Assembly (NCBI GenBank): GCA_019828565.1
Contig: JAHDYR010000013.1
Span: 277,556 to 341,555 of the forward strand
Direction of reading: 5' to 3'
From: Carpediemonas membranifera BICM
Lineage: Eukaryota; Protista; Fornicata
Length of the DNA: 64,000 nucleotides
Shown: positions 18,581-31,019 of the stretch, in pieces
Layout: every line of letters begins with the position of its first letter
Position numbering within the stretch: the first letter of the stretch is position 1
The notes under the pieces: generated by a model
Told to the model about the DNA's origin: nothing
What the model saw: the letters and a program-made list of their open reading frames with translations, nothing else
Databases searched by the model: none
Program-made: the position numbers and the translations under genes

Positions 18581-21500
18581 TCACTCTACTTTGTAGCTGT
18601 CGTACACTTCTGCTAGCGCTTTGAGGCCTGTTTGAAGGCCCTCCCATATCTCTTCTCTCCCCTTCATTACCAGACTCTGTAGTTCCAGGATTGGTCTCTC
18701 GTTGTACCATTTCCCCTCTGTTCCGCGTCTGATGTCAAGGTCTCTGGTCTTATCCCTCGCTTCTTTCCAGATCTTGGCCCAGCCTTCCCCCTGTCTACCA
18801 TGGGGCATTCGCATATTATGTGCGATGCTGACCCTATCCTCTGTTCCTCTGCCCAGTCTCTGATGAGTCTCTGTTCTCTGATCTGGTCTGGTTTCTCCAA
18901 GAGGATCTTCCACAGTAGGTCAATCTCAGTCTCTCTTGAGCACAGAGGGCACCTTCTCTGGACCTCCTCCTTCAGTTCGTCATCCATCGCGATGTTGGCT
19001 ACTGCTCTGCTCGGTCCCTCTCCTTTCTCTGCTGAGGATGGGGCTGGGCTGACATTTGCTATCACTGATACGATCCTCTTCCACTCTGCTCTGGTTTGCC
19101 CCTTCTGCGGTTTCCTGTTGATCATTGGTTTTCCCAGGAAGCACTTTCCTACTCTCCGGTCTCCTGCAATCGCTATCAACCCCTTGGCTGACTTACTTTT
19201 GCACCTCTTCATCCAGTTTCTGGTGATCTCCTCTTTACCGTACTCGAGTAGCGCTATCTTGGTCGCCTCTCTTCTGGTGTCGCTGAGGATTCTCTGCGCT
19301 CTGTCTCTTGCAATCCACATGATGGTACCTCGTCTCCACTCTCTGTCTCTCACTGGTATGCTCTGGTCTCTGCTGTTCACTGTCCTTTTCACTGCAAGCA
19401 TCTCCATGTGGGCTTGGAGGTCGACCCAACCGTTCATCAGCCTCATGGCGGCTCCCCCTCCGGGTCCAGTGCCTGCCATGATACCTTGCCAGTCATTCCA
19501 GATCTTCCTGGCCCCTGTCTCGTTTCCCCACACTTCAATTCCAAAAGTGATCCTCGGCCAAATGTAGATTTCTAGGAGGAGTCTGCTGGCTGTCGCTGGC
19601 ATGTCTGCTCTAGTCCACCCCGCCCATCTCACTAGGTTCTGGTACCTCTTGCTCTGTTCTTTCTTCTTCCCGATACATGCTCTGAGGGGGTCACTGCCAC
19701 TGGCTAACCATAGTCCAAGGTACCTCGCCTCTTCCGCTGGTAGTAGCGTGACGCCGCCTATTCTGACCGTGGCTGCTCTGTCGACACTGATCATGACGTT
19801 CTTCTGCTCGTTGACGCCCATTTCGTGTTCTCTGATGATCGCTATGACCAGGTTTGCTATGATCTGGCTCTGTACCGGTGTGTCTCCCGTGACTGCAGTG
19901 TCATCCACAAACATGGTTAGCACTGCCGGGAGTGGGTCTCTGGTACTTGTTGTTTCCACTGGTGGTTCTCTGATATCATAGGGCTCGCTCATGTGCTTTT
20001 TCCTGACCAGGTGGGGCCAGTTTGCCATGAAGAGAACAAACAGGGTCGGGGCTAGTACGCACCCTTGCTTCACCCCCTGTTTGTCCTTTCCCATGACTTA
20101 GCCCCTTTCACTGATATCCATGTCTCTTGTAGTGTGCTCTGGATTGCTCTGATAAGGTGGGCCTCCACTCCCATTCCCTGGAGTTTGTCCATCAGGGTGT
20201 CTCTTGGCACTGTGTCGTATGCCTTCTCTATGTCTAGGAACACTGAGGTCGTCTCCCCCCTTCCTGGTGCCTCTGCACTATATACTGGATCTGCTGCACT
20301 ACGTCCCTTTCAGGTTGGAATCCTGCCTGTTCTCTGGGTATGAACCTTTTGGTGGCCTTCTCCAGTCTCTTCTTTAACAGCCGACCGTATACTCTGTACA
20401 GCAACGGGGTGAGCGAGATGGGTCTATACGACTCTGGCTTAACTCTGAGTTTTCCGGTCTTGTGGATAGCTGACACTGTTGCGTATTTCCACGTCTCTGG
20501 GATCTTCCCTTCTCTATATACCCTGTTCATAAATCTGGTAAGCTCCTTGAGTCCTCGCTCATTGAGTTCTCTTAGCATGGTCCCTGTTGTGTTCTCTGGG
20601 CCCGGGGCTGTGTCTCTCTTAATCTTACTGATGGCTGCTTTCACTTCCTCCTTGGAGAATTCGTCCCCTCCTATGCCAGGCCACTCCTTCCACTCTGGTT
20701 CTCTGCCTCTACTTACCTTCGCGTACTGCTTAAGCAGGATTTCACTGATCGTGGCCTTGTCCGTGGTGATCATTCCGTCCTTGAGCAGGCTGCCAGGCAT
20801 CCCTTTGTACTGGTTGTCGCACCACCATCTTCTGACTGCAGCCTCTACCATTGATCTCGATGCTTTGTATCCCTCTCTTGTGCTCTTGCTGAGGTCGGCT
20901 ATCCACTCTTCTCTGCGTTTGTCCCAGTACTTCTTCAGTTCGCTGTTCATTAGTCTCGTCCTCACCTTGTTGCCTGCTTCTGACCATTCTGTTTCATGGA
21001 GGTCGGCCCATGCGCTGTCTTGTACTATCTGCTCTCGTGGTTTGGCTCTCTTCTCCCCGGCTGGTTCCCCCAGGCAGGCTCTGATTGTCTCCCTCCCACT
21101 GATCTATCGATCCGTTTCTGTCTAGCTCCTTGATTGTTGTGTGGCCCTCCCTCTCTTTCATATTCCATGTGTGCACTCCTGGCATTTCCAGGCCACTGTC
21201 ATCGTCTCTGTTGGCTCTGTATCGGGGTTCTTCCCAGGCAAGCTTGACCCCTTCGTGGGCCGACCCCCATACTCCCAGCACTGTCGAGCTGACCACTTGA
21301 ATCTCTGCTTTCCTGATTCCCTCTGAGACCATTGCGAAGTCCGGTGTGGTGTTGCCACTGGATAATGTGCCCCTCTCTGGTATGATTGCTCTGAGTTTGT
21401 GTTTGTCCATAACATCCTTCCACCTGGTGGTTCCGTGTGCCGGCCCTGGGGCCATGTTCCAGTCCCCAATGATGATTGCTTCCATGTCCCCTTTCATGTC

Positions 21501-22021
21501 CAGTATCTCTTGGATGTTGTCTCTGAACTGATCTTTCACTGTCTTCCCTTTATCTGAAGTGGGTGCATACACTGTGATTACCATGATGTCTCTGCTCGTC
21601 CTCATAATACTCGCCTGCACTCTTCCTGACAGGCTGTCAGTGATGCCGACATCCCATGTTGCTCTGGCATGCGGGCTTACGATTGTGCCGATGCCTTCTC
21701 TGGTCCCGTGCCACTTGGGTGTAGGGGGTCGTCACCTGTGATTCCCAGTTGTCTGTTCACGCGATGCTGGCACCTGGTCTCTCTTTTCCGCTTTTCGTTC
21801 GTTGTTGCTAGTGTTTCCTCTGTTTCTCTGCCTGCTAAAGCGTACTGGAAGTCTATGAAGCTGTGGACTCTTGTGTTTGCTGTTCTCCATGTCTCTTGTA
21901 TACAAACCGCTTCAATGTCTCTGAGTTTGGTTTGAATTGCTGTTGCTATTGATGCCGTGAAGTCCTTTCCTCGTCCTATGTGCCCCTGAGTGTTCAGGCT
22001 TAAGATCTTGAACGTTTCCAT
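18581..22021 (-). CDS. LINE ORF2: AP endonuclease-RT-CCHC, broken by about five frameshifts
   Basis: SLNTQG, CIQET, VYAPT, GDWN; APGP, YRPISL, QAGF, GVKQGCVLAPTLF, FVDD, YLG; CPLC...HIICEC. Confidence 0.9.
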
Positions 22022-22354
22022 GTTGTACTATGCTCTGATCCTTATCCTGCGAATTCTGAGAATTTCTGCAGGGGCTAAGGGTTCACTGTGTCTCTGTCCC
22101 GTCAAGGGGCCTCGATGCCGGTCTTGGTAACCCTTGGCGGGCCAGCCTCCGTGCTTCTTGGTGACCGATTCGCCCTCGGGCATGGATACTTAGGAGGGGG
22201 CGCAGTGGCGTGACCCCCCCTTTGGCTGCCGCCTGCAACCTACTGGCAGTGCCCGTGGGCTAATGCCAGGCCCTGGGTGGGAGCCAGGGTTATATAAAGA
22301 AAGAAAGTCTGATACACTAGTTTCTGAAAGAATACTGCTTTATCTCTGATCCAC

Positions 22355-24290
22355 TTACTCCTCCGAGACCTCACTTTCACTGGCATCATCATACGGTTCA
22401 GGGTCGCGGGCCTGACCACCTTGCATGTTGGCCATGAAGGACATGAACTGTGTCATCATCTCCATGGGGTCCATCTGTCTGGTGGTCCTGGTTCTCCTGC
22501 TCTTGTTCCTGCGACGGGGCACTACCGCGGCGTCTCTGTTCTTGACCATCTCAATCGGTGGTCTGACAAGGGGGTCGGGTTCAGTGCCTGCCAGGTCTGC
22601 GGGTCTCTGCCGGGCGGCCTTGAGGGCTGAGATTTCTCGCTGTGCCTCTGCCAGTTGAAGTAGGAGCCTCTGTTTCTCGGCGTCCTGCTGGTCCGGTAGT
22701 CTGCTTCTTACCGTCCCAGCGGTGTCGTCACTGTGTCTGCTCCTCTTTCCTGACTCGGATAGGTCGTCTCTGCCTTGGCTGCCTCGCTTGCCGGCTGCTG
22801 AGGAGTGGTTGCCTCTGCGGTTGTCTCTGGCTGTTCCAAGATGTTCTCTAAACCACTCGTTTCTCTCCCGCTGGCGCCTCTCTGCCTCTTCGAAGTCGGG
22901 TCTGATCCGGAGACCGTCCTGTTCTGCTCTGTTGGCCCTGGCTTCCAGACGTTCGAGCTCCGTGTCGCGTTCATAGATTTCAGGACGTCTGATTTCTCTG
23001 TCGATGAGGCGCCCAGCCTCTCTGTCGTCAGGGTGTCTGATGTCTCTTTCGGTGGGTTGGTCAGCTTCTCTGGCGATGGGGCGTCTGACCTCATAGTCAG
23101 CCGGACGTCTGGCCTCTCTGTCGGCCAGGTGTATGGCTTCTCTGTGGGTGGGATGTCCGATCTCTCTGCCAGTAGGGCGCCTGACTTCCTGGTCGACCGA
23201 CCGTCTGGCCTCTCTGTCAACTTGGTGACCCACCTCTCTGTCGTGGTGTCTCTCATCTCTGATGTCCGGGCGTCTGATCTCTCTGTGGTCACGGCGCTCG
23301 TCCTCGCGGCGTCTGTCCACCCGGGTTGCAGGGTCCAGGATGTCTCTGAAGTTCCTGCCTACCACTTGGTGCTCGACTTCGCCGACTGCCGTCTGGAGGT
23401 GAGTGTCTCTGTACGTGACCCTGAAGGGCATCTCGTCCTTGCCGTCCACGTCGGGTTTGTATCCGCTGGGTGGGATGCCCCCCATTCTGACTCTGGCCTC
23501 TTCCGGGATCACTGTGGTGACCATGCGTCGGCCTTCCCAGCGCATGCGCTTCAGGATAGACCCCGCGTCTCTGGTTCTGATCAGTCCCCAGTCTCTGGGG
23601 ATGAATGCGACTCTGATGGAGGCTCTGGCGTTCGGGGGGGCTTTGACATTGGCTATGCGCCCTTCAAACTCTCTGAGTGCCTCTGCTAGCTCTTCGCATC
23701 CCCAGGTCTCTTGCCGGGCGATGCGCTCTCTGCTGGGCCACCAGTTGACGAGCTGTGACAGTGTGACCATGTTCTCTTCGTTGTGCGCTCCAAGGCCGGC
23801 TCGGCCCTGGACCGCTCTGAGTTGCTCTGGGTTGTCTAGCTCCTCTTCCAGTGTCCAGATAGGGTTCCTAGTGACTCTGTTGTCTCTGTCAGTGAAGGCG
23901 TCAGGGGATAGGAGCAGGCCCTTCATCCCCATCGCTACCTCTGCAAATCCGAAGCCAATGCCGAACCTGTGTTCTCTGTCTGGCACTACGAGGAACCTGT
24001 TGCCTTGGTGCCCGTCTCTGATCTCTCTGAACGCTGGGTGGGGGCCAAACTCCTGGAACGCTGTGTGCCTCGGCTGGAACCCCAGCCCTGCTACGATGTC
24101 ACTGCTTTCTCTGGCTGCTCTGACCTCTTCCTCAATGGCTGGCTGCAGCAGTCTGAGGGCGTCCTCTAACTCACCGATGCCGTTGGTGCCTCTGAATAGT
24201 GCTAGAACTCTGATTGCGAACAGTGTGCTGTCCGCCAGTGCGAAAGAAAGAAAGAAAGAAAATTTATGGTGCCTGGTATCGGGCCCCGGT
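22355..24290 (-). CDS. LINE ORF1-like protein with octapeptide repeats and coiled coil; start unresolved
   Basis: Frame open from ~24290 without an early ATG; lies upstream of ORF2 with the same codon style. Confidence 0.65.
22978..23290 (-). repeat. About 12 degenerate 24-bp coding repeats (consensus DRE[IA]RRPx)
   Basis: Visible in translation: REVGHQVD REARRSVD QEVRRPTG REIGHPTH REAIHLAD REARRPAD... Confidence 0.85.
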
Positions 24291-25234
24291 TACTTAGGCT
24301 GATCTCCCTTATTACTGGAGCCGAGTTCCCCGGGGCGCTGCCTCCTCCCTGCGATTGAACTTGTCAGCTGCGTCCAACGAGCGATTCGGTGCTACTGCTT
24401 CCGCTCACTCCCGATTTCACTTCCCCCCATAGGCCTTCGCCATCTCCGTGCGCTGAGCGCTTTCCTGTCTCCCTGTAAACCCGGCAGCTTCCAGGGAGCC
24501 TGGGGGTCTGTCCTCGGTGCTTCCACAGGCAGGTTTGTCCTGCAAGACCTTCTCTATAGCACTCCCTGATTCCCTGCAGTCCCTACGGGGTCGTTCAAGC
24601 ATGGCACCCTCTCCTCTTTCCAGATTCCCTGTTCAGTGCCCCCACGACCCTGTTAAGTGGCCTACCCGTGGGCGGGGAAAGCAACTAAGTCCCTCTCATC
24701 TACCCCTGTTAGGCGGCGTGGGCTAGGGCTAACACAGACTCTAGATCTGCAAGGCCTAGTACCCCTTATGATAGTTCTCTTGTGCTACACTTCCCAGCGT
24801 CCCTCTATCGTTCACAAGGGCGGCGGGGACGTCATGTCCCCCGTATCCCATGCTCAGTCCCTGCAGTTTCCTTAGGTTCACCGCGAGTGGTGCAACCATC
24901 CAATTGATGGATTTCCTCTGTCCCTGGCCCTGCCCTCTCCCTGGGAAACATGGGGGTCTCCCCTTGATCCCAGAGTCTATGCTTCCCTGCCCCCTTTCTG
25001 GATGTGGTGTTCCTTATCTATCCATCTATTCTATAGCTATCATAGACCTTTGCCAGGGCTCTCAGCCCAGCTCGCAGTCCTTCCCATATCTCTTCCGACC
25101 CTGTTAACACTAGTTGTTGCACCTCTAAGATTGGCCTCTTCTCATACCACCTCCCATTCGGGCCTCTTCTGACTTGCAATTCCCTGGTCCTCTCCTTAGC
25201 TGTCTTCCATATCTTTTCCCAGTCATCTCCTCTT

Positions 25235-27142
25235 TCAACTTTCCGCCAGTGCGCAGTGATAGCACCCCGCCGTGTGGCTGTGGTAGGGGCATACTCTCTT
25301 GGGTGCTTCCCGTGACTGCCACCGGCTGGTCCACAGGTCTAGCCACTCCATGCTCTGCGCGTTGTTGTAATTGACTCTGAATCTCTGTTCGAGGTCGGGT
25401 CTAGCCCTGACCAGCAGCGTTGGCAGCTCGTTTTCGTCCACTAGTCTCTGTGCGAAGTAGTCTCTGCTCTCTGCGGCTAAGCCGTTCGCTGCGTCTGTGA
25501 GGAGGAACATCTCCATGTGCTTTCCCTTGGCGAACAGGTGGACTCTGCAGCCTTCTCTTCTCTCATACGCTTTGAGCTCCGTCGCTAGACGGTCGCCCCA
25601 CGCCTGGAAGGTGTGGACGTGCTGCTCTAGGTCTCTGGGGGGTCTTCCTGTCGCTATGTCCACGAAGGTCGCTGGTGGTAGGCCTGTGACAGCCCATGAT
25701 GTGTGCCTTGACTGCTCGACTCTGTTGAGCGGCATGTCCTGGTAGAACATACCGTGGCCGTGGCCGACCACTTCACTGCTATCCACATCTATCATGACAA
25801 TGCCTCCTTCGACCGGGATCGCTGGTGTGCCTTGTCTTGAGCTGCCCGTGTAGCTGCACTCAAAGTCAATGGCTGCTAGGACAAGTCTCTGGTTCGGCTG
25901 GGTCTCTGATAAGGGCAGGCTGCTGGTCTCGTGCTGGCTCCTCCCTTCGCCTGCCATCCTTCTGGCCTCCTGCTGATCTCTGATATGCTCTTGGACGATG
26001 TCTTCCAGGCTAATCCTCGGCGGCACCTCCTTGTCTCTGTTCACACTGTCTATAGGAAGCTGAGTGCGCTTGCCTGATGCCTCGCCCCCCAGCACCTGCC
26101 GCTTGGGGGTTCTTGTGGTTCTCTTGTTGGCACTGACTCTGTTTATCCTCTGAGACGCTGGGGTTGCCGGGGCTTGGCTACCACAGATACTGTCCGGCCT
26201 CGTCATCTCTACGTCGCTGTCGATGTCCGTGCTAGCAGACCTGTCCTCCTGGGAGGCATGTTCGGCTCTCTTGTCACGGCTGATCTCTGCTCCGATGATT
26301 TCGGCTCTGACTACTGCAAACTGCGGCTTGCCACTGAGCGGCGTCTCTTCCCCTCGCTTCCGGATACCGCTACGGCCGCTGGTGTCTACTCCTGAGCTAT
26401 TCCATGCCGCTTGCCACACCACTGGTGCCTCTGGTGCCTGCAGTCTCAGGATGTCTCTTGCCTCTTCCATGTACCTGGTGATGGGCCATGCCTCCGTGTC
26501 TTCCAGGTCCAGTAGAACTCTGAAGGTGCCATCCTCTTGCTCTATGGCTACTCTGGTGATGGGTCCTCTGTTGGACGGGTCCCACACTTGCTCGCCGCTG
26601 AGGCACTCGGGGGCTTCATCCTCTGCTGTCCCTGTGATGACCGAGTACATGCCAGTCTCTCTGTTTTCGACGCTGTCTCTGACGTTGTCCCACTGAATGG
26701 GGTTCTGGCCTCTGGGTTGCAGGACTGCTTGTTCGATGGACTGCTCCTTGGGCCATCTGGCCATGTCCTTGTGCCCTGGTCTCACTGATGTGGGCTCGTT
26801 AGAGCTGGCGATGCGCTGAATCTCTGCTTCTCTGGGGTCTAGGGCCTCTGCTACCATGATGAAGAGGTCGCGAAGCCCGTGGATGCCGTTCGGATGTCTG
26901 AGGATGGTGTCCCTGTTGTCGGTCACTCCTGAGGCTGTGAGGATCCTTCTGACGTTGGTTAGTACTTCCTTGCGGGCTGTGGAGCTTGCGCCGAAGGACT
27001 TTTCGGAAAAGTCGTCACTTCTGCGCAGTAGTAAGGTCCGGGCGTTTCCTTCCTTGATCAGGTAGCTGTCTAGTAGTTCTCTGATGGTACTCCACTGTTT
27101 TTGCGTAGATTCTCTGGTTTTCTCTGATATTTCTACCTGCAT
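25235..27142 (-). CDS. 635-aa protein with C-terminal Maelstrom (MAEL, DEDDh-derived) nuclease-like domain
   Basis: AIDFEC, IPVEGG, H.....TGLP, CPYH......HCALAE match the DEDD + E-C-H-C pattern of protist MAEL domains. Confidence 0.7.
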   Translation of the reverse strand: MQVEISEKTRESTQKQWSTIRELLDSYLIKEGNARTLLLRRSDDFSEKSFGASSTARKEVLTNVRRILTASGVTDNRDTILRHPNGIHGLRDLFIMVAEALDPREAEIQRIASSNEPTSVRPGHKDMARWPKEQSIEQAVLQPRGQNPIQWDNVRDSVENRETGMYSVITGTAEDEAPECLSGEQVWDPSNRGPITRVAIEQEDGTFRVLLDLEDTEAWPITRYMEEARDILRLQAPEAPVVWQAAWNSSGVDTSGRSGIRKRGEETPLSGKPQFAVVRAEIIGAEISRDKRAEHASQEDRSASTDIDSDVEMTRPDSICGSQAPATPASQRINRVSANKRTTRTPKRQVLGGEASGKRTQLPIDSVNRDKEVPPRISLEDIVQEHIRDQQEARRMAGEGRSQHETSSLPLSETQPNQRLVLAAIDFECSYTGSSRQGTPAIPVEGGIVMIDVDSSEVVGHGHGMFYQDMPLNRVEQSRHTSWAVTGLPPATFVDIATGRPPRDLEQHVHTFQAWGDRLATELKAYERREGCRVHLFAKGKHMEMFLLTDAANGLAAESRDYFAQRLVDENELPTLLVRARPDLEQRFRVNYNNAQSMEWLDLWTSRWQSREAPKRVCPYHSHTAGCYHCALAES

Positions 27143-29566
27143 TCACTGTGCCGTTTTTGTGCGTATGAAAAAGGTTGGCGAATGCATCGTCCTGAAAATC
27201 GGTCAGCGTGGCCTTGTGCGGCTCCTGTAACTGTGTAGGGGTCTCGGTTTTCTTCTTTTTCTCTGGTTCGGCCGTAAACTGCGTTACGGCGAAATGGCGC
27301 ACTGTCCAAAAATGCACGCTGATTTTCTCGCTGGGTGGTCTCGGGATTTTAGGACTGACTTCGCCCTAGGTAGTGCCTACATGAGGGCTATCTTTGGTCT
27401 CTGTGCCTCTGCTTGATCACTCCTCCTTCACCGTGAACATGCCAAAAACCAAAAGTGGTCGCGGCTTCTCGGTGTTCTCTGTGGGTTTCCCTGCTTTCTC
27501 TGTTAAATCTCTGTTCATTGTACTCTTGTATTGTCTCTGTGTTGGGCGTGGAGCTCCCACTCGCGCCCGGCGGGGATCCATGAATGCACCTTTGAGTTTG
27601 GCGGACAGGAAGCTGAGGCCGCTCCTTCTGAGCTGATGGGGGCGCTGTACCAGTTTACTGGGACAGGCCGTTGGCCTTTTGTCCATCCCCGAACATAGTC
27701 TTTCGACTTAGCTGAATTCGATGGCGGACTGCCGACTTCCTTGAACGCCTGTGTGGTGCCTCAGGAGTCAATGTGCAGTTTATGTAAACAGATCATTCCC
27801 TTTCGTCCTCCTGCGCGTCCACAGTAATTAATTACTGTCTTGTAGCTATCGGACAGTTGATTAGGGGGCAGGAACGTTAGGTTCTTAATGATCAGGAGAG
27901 AGAGCAGTATTCCGCCGTGCAATAAGATCAAGCGTGATATTTCGTCGCTAGAGGATCTTGGTGTGTATACAATGCTTTTATTCAGTGCCTCTCCCGATGT
28001 GCCGTGTAGAATTCGCACTTTGCATGCGCACAACGAACTGGGTGGCGTTTCCCATCATGTGAACGAGGCGAGCAAGATTCTCCAGTGTCAGGAGCGTCCT
28101 CGTTGTCCACGCGACGACATGAATGATGGATACAAGCAGGCGCCGTGCGAAACCTAGAAGCTGAATGATTTCCGCAATCTCCGTGCGGTTGGCGGTGATG
28201 AGAACGCAGTCTTGAACGTGGACAAGTTGCCTAGAAGGTCTTATGTCTGTATACGTGTGATTAGAAGCTGCTTGGTCCCGCCTGGTGGGCCTCATGAGCG
28301 ATAGGATGCTCGGACCCACGTTTCTCTATTACGGTGGATAGAACCCGGCGATAGAAAGCGCCGCTCAGGTCAGCGGTGCGGCACCACACCCGGGGGCCCG
28401 ATAGGGTCGATTTGCCCCGTGTTTCCTGGATGACCCAGTTGAGTCGTCCTGTGGCATTTCACCATCGAAATGTCGGAAGAACAGCGAAGATGATGGAGCG
28501 ATGCTCAGAATGCTCGATATTGCCTCTTCATTTCATTTACATCGCTACTTTGCCCCTTCTTTGCTTATAACCCCTCCCTCCTGACCACTTTATGGTTTTC
28601 ATGTCGATTTTCGCAAGTTCGCCTCTTCAACAGCGAATGACATCGACTAGGCGCCGTCAGCGCATACTACTTATTCTTTATTCACCTAATCTTGCCCCAT
28701 TGCGATCGTCCACAGCGTCGTTGTCCTCAACAAGCGTCTTTTCCTCATTTTCGCCGATCCAGCTCTAGAACGCTCCAAGCGACGCACAGACGGCGGGTCC
28801 GAGCGCTGCCAGTTGGCACAGGACTGTACGCCGGCGTCTATAGGGAGCGCGCGCAAGGTCAACGTCGGTTTTGACCATCGACGACTTCGACTCAAGAGCG
28901 AGGCGGAGGGACGCCAGGATGTTCCAGGGACGTGTATGAGCCGAGACAAGGCTCGCGGGGCCGATACAGGTGGGTGATGGAGTCATTTTCGCCTCACCAT
29001 ATCTTCGCCTGACGAGGGCGGGGGGGAGGTGGAGAGGCTCAAGATCGTGCTCAATCCGACAATATATCACGAGATCTAGTCAGATCGTGAGTCAATCCGA
29101 TGATTTGAGTCATTCAATTGACCGGTCGGTATACATGTCGCGTGCGAGTGTTCACTCAATAGGGGTGGAGAGCGGCCGTGTCGTACCACACACACCCACA
29201 TTACAGCCATGTGGTGGCGGTGGTGACCAGCAGCTACAATTATTCAGCCGACCTTCCAATGGGCGATAGCGCGATTAGCGTCTGCGTTTGAGGCTCGCGC
29301 CAAGTCCAGCCGGTCGGTGATACTAATATCAAGTGTGATCTTGATGCAACCTTGCTTGTGCGCATACCCGATGATGACCAGTTACCCGCCAGGTCGTGGG
29401 TACAATTCTTCTTGGCTGTTAAGGCAACGTGTCTTCCTGATGCCGTGATCAGATGGTGACCCAAGTCGGTCTGCCGCGTTGTATATCATGGACAATAAGG
29501 GGGCTGAGCCTCTCACAGTTGGTCGGGCGGGTGTTACAAAGTGCCTGATTTATTGTTGATTAGTTG

Positions 29567-30715
29567 TTAGAGTCGGCGGCCCCGACCAGCGAAGGCAGGT
29601 CCAGTACTGCGCGGTTCAACCCCGTGACGAGTAAGGTGCGCTACCACATCAGGCAATTCTAGCAACTCCGGCGTCGGGTACGACCGTGTCACAAACCTGT
29701 AGTCTTCCCATTTCAACGTGAGGAGTCGACCACCCGGGCCGTTGCGACTGCCAACAACTCGTTCCAGTCGATAAGTACGGAGCTCATCAGTGAACTGGAG
29801 CCCTCCGTCGCCCGTAGTCATGAGTACCGGTACCCACTGTGGATGGGCTTTGAATACCCGCATGACCAAGCGGAATCGCTTCTCCATCTCCGGTATATCA
29901 GAGGACCGGTAGCAAGCCTCTTGAAGCAAACCATAGACTCCCGGGAAGACGGCTAAGGCCAGGAGGTGGCAGAGGGACTTGTCACCCCTACCAGGGAGCT
30001 TGCGTCGGATAGCGTCCATCTCATGGTGCCAAGTGGCGGCGCGATGCAGGTCCAGTTCAGGTAGTGCCTGGGCAAGTTTCATGAAGGCCTGAAGATCGAG
30101 CAACACGCGACGCGCACAAGAAACACCCTTAAGTTGGCGTTCGACGTCTTCGAGGGAGAACTCACGCTCGAACCGCTGTTCACGGAGAGAATTAATAAGC
30201 GGGGTGAGTGTTAGAGCAATCGAATGGGCGTGCTCGCCCAACAGCCGATGGACCAGCCGGTTCAAGTCCGAAACGTCCGTTCCTGAGGCGTGGGAGAGCT
30301 GGCGAACCGTAGTAGTCACGTCAGCAGGCTGGTTGGCTTCGGGCTGGCCGTCTGGCAGCGTTGGGGAGCTGTCATTCCCCGGGGCATCGTCCGAAGAAGT
30401 CGGCGATTCGTCTTCTTCGCTGTCATCGTTCGAGCTCTCGTCTACCGACGAAGCGGGCTCTGAGTGACACACGGGACGGCGCACAAGCCTCTTGCGCCTC
30501 CTGTCGCCCGGCGCTACGCGTGACGATCGCAGATTTTGGATGTCGGAGCCCAATGTTGCACAACGGCGCTGCAGAGAACGCATTCGAGGATCATCAGATT
30601 CCTCAGAAGCTACTAGCTGCAGCAACCGGGCCAATTCCCCCAAATGTTCCGTCACCATTTGCACCAAGATTGGTGCAAAATGAAACATCCCAATCCCGGA
30701 TGGAAAGCCGCTCAA
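29567..30715 (-). CDS. Hypothetical protein with C-terminal chromodomain-like motif
   Basis: 382-aa ORF; YRLERVVGSR....LLTLKWEDY; acidic Ser-rich linker; start uncertain. Confidence 0.55.
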   Translation of the reverse strand: MSGFPSGIGMFHFAPILVQMVTEHLGELARLLQLVASEESDDPRMRSLQRRCATLGSDIQNLRSSRVAPGDRRRKRLVRRPVCHSEPASSVDESSNDDSEEDESPTSSDDAPGNDSSPTLPDGQPEANQPADVTTTVRQLSHASGTDVSDLNRLVHRLLGEHAHSIALTLTPLINSLREQRFEREFSLEDVERQLKGVSCARRVLLDLQAFMKLAQALPELDLHRAATWHHEMDAIRRKLPGRGDKSLCHLLALAVFPGVYGLLQEACYRSSDIPEMEKRFRLVMRVFKAHPQWVPVLMTTGDGGLQFTDELRTYRLERVVGSRNGPGGRLLTLKWEDYRFVTRSYPTPELLELPDVVAHLTRHGVEPRSTGPAFAGRGRRL

Positions 30716-31019
30716 ACATGGAGTTATGATCTCTTTATTGTTGTCTTGATGTTGTTTAGTCGTTTAGTAGCTCTATCTGAGCGCAGTCGTGGTGTGAATT
30801 CCCGCTGCAAAGAAAAAGGCTCGTATCTCGCCGTAGAGGCCTCGTAGAGGCCTGAAAACACCATTTTCAGCACCAACCTGATTAATGGCGCAAACAGTTG
30901 GAAAGGGGCGGTGTTTCACCATCGTCGTGTTTGGATGGCCATAACCTGCACCCAAGCATTTTAAGGTACGTCACATTTCGATTTTCGGCGAGGAAAAGCC
31001 GAGGAGGGGCAGGATCCCC

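Larger units (their letters stand above)
18210..24600 (-). mobile_element. APE-type non-LTR retrotransposon (LINE); may extend to ~27700 and include the Maelstrom ORF
   Basis: ORF1 + ORF2 with uniform purine-rich sense strand; ends approximate, no TSD found. Confidence 0.85.

Noticed and set aside
22100-22290. HDV-like ribozyme (GGCGAAT motif)
   Set aside because: Could not assemble the P1-P3 nested pseudoknot.
27700-29500. Short ORFs and GC-rich stems
   Set aside because: No recognisable motif or consistent frame; left unannotated.
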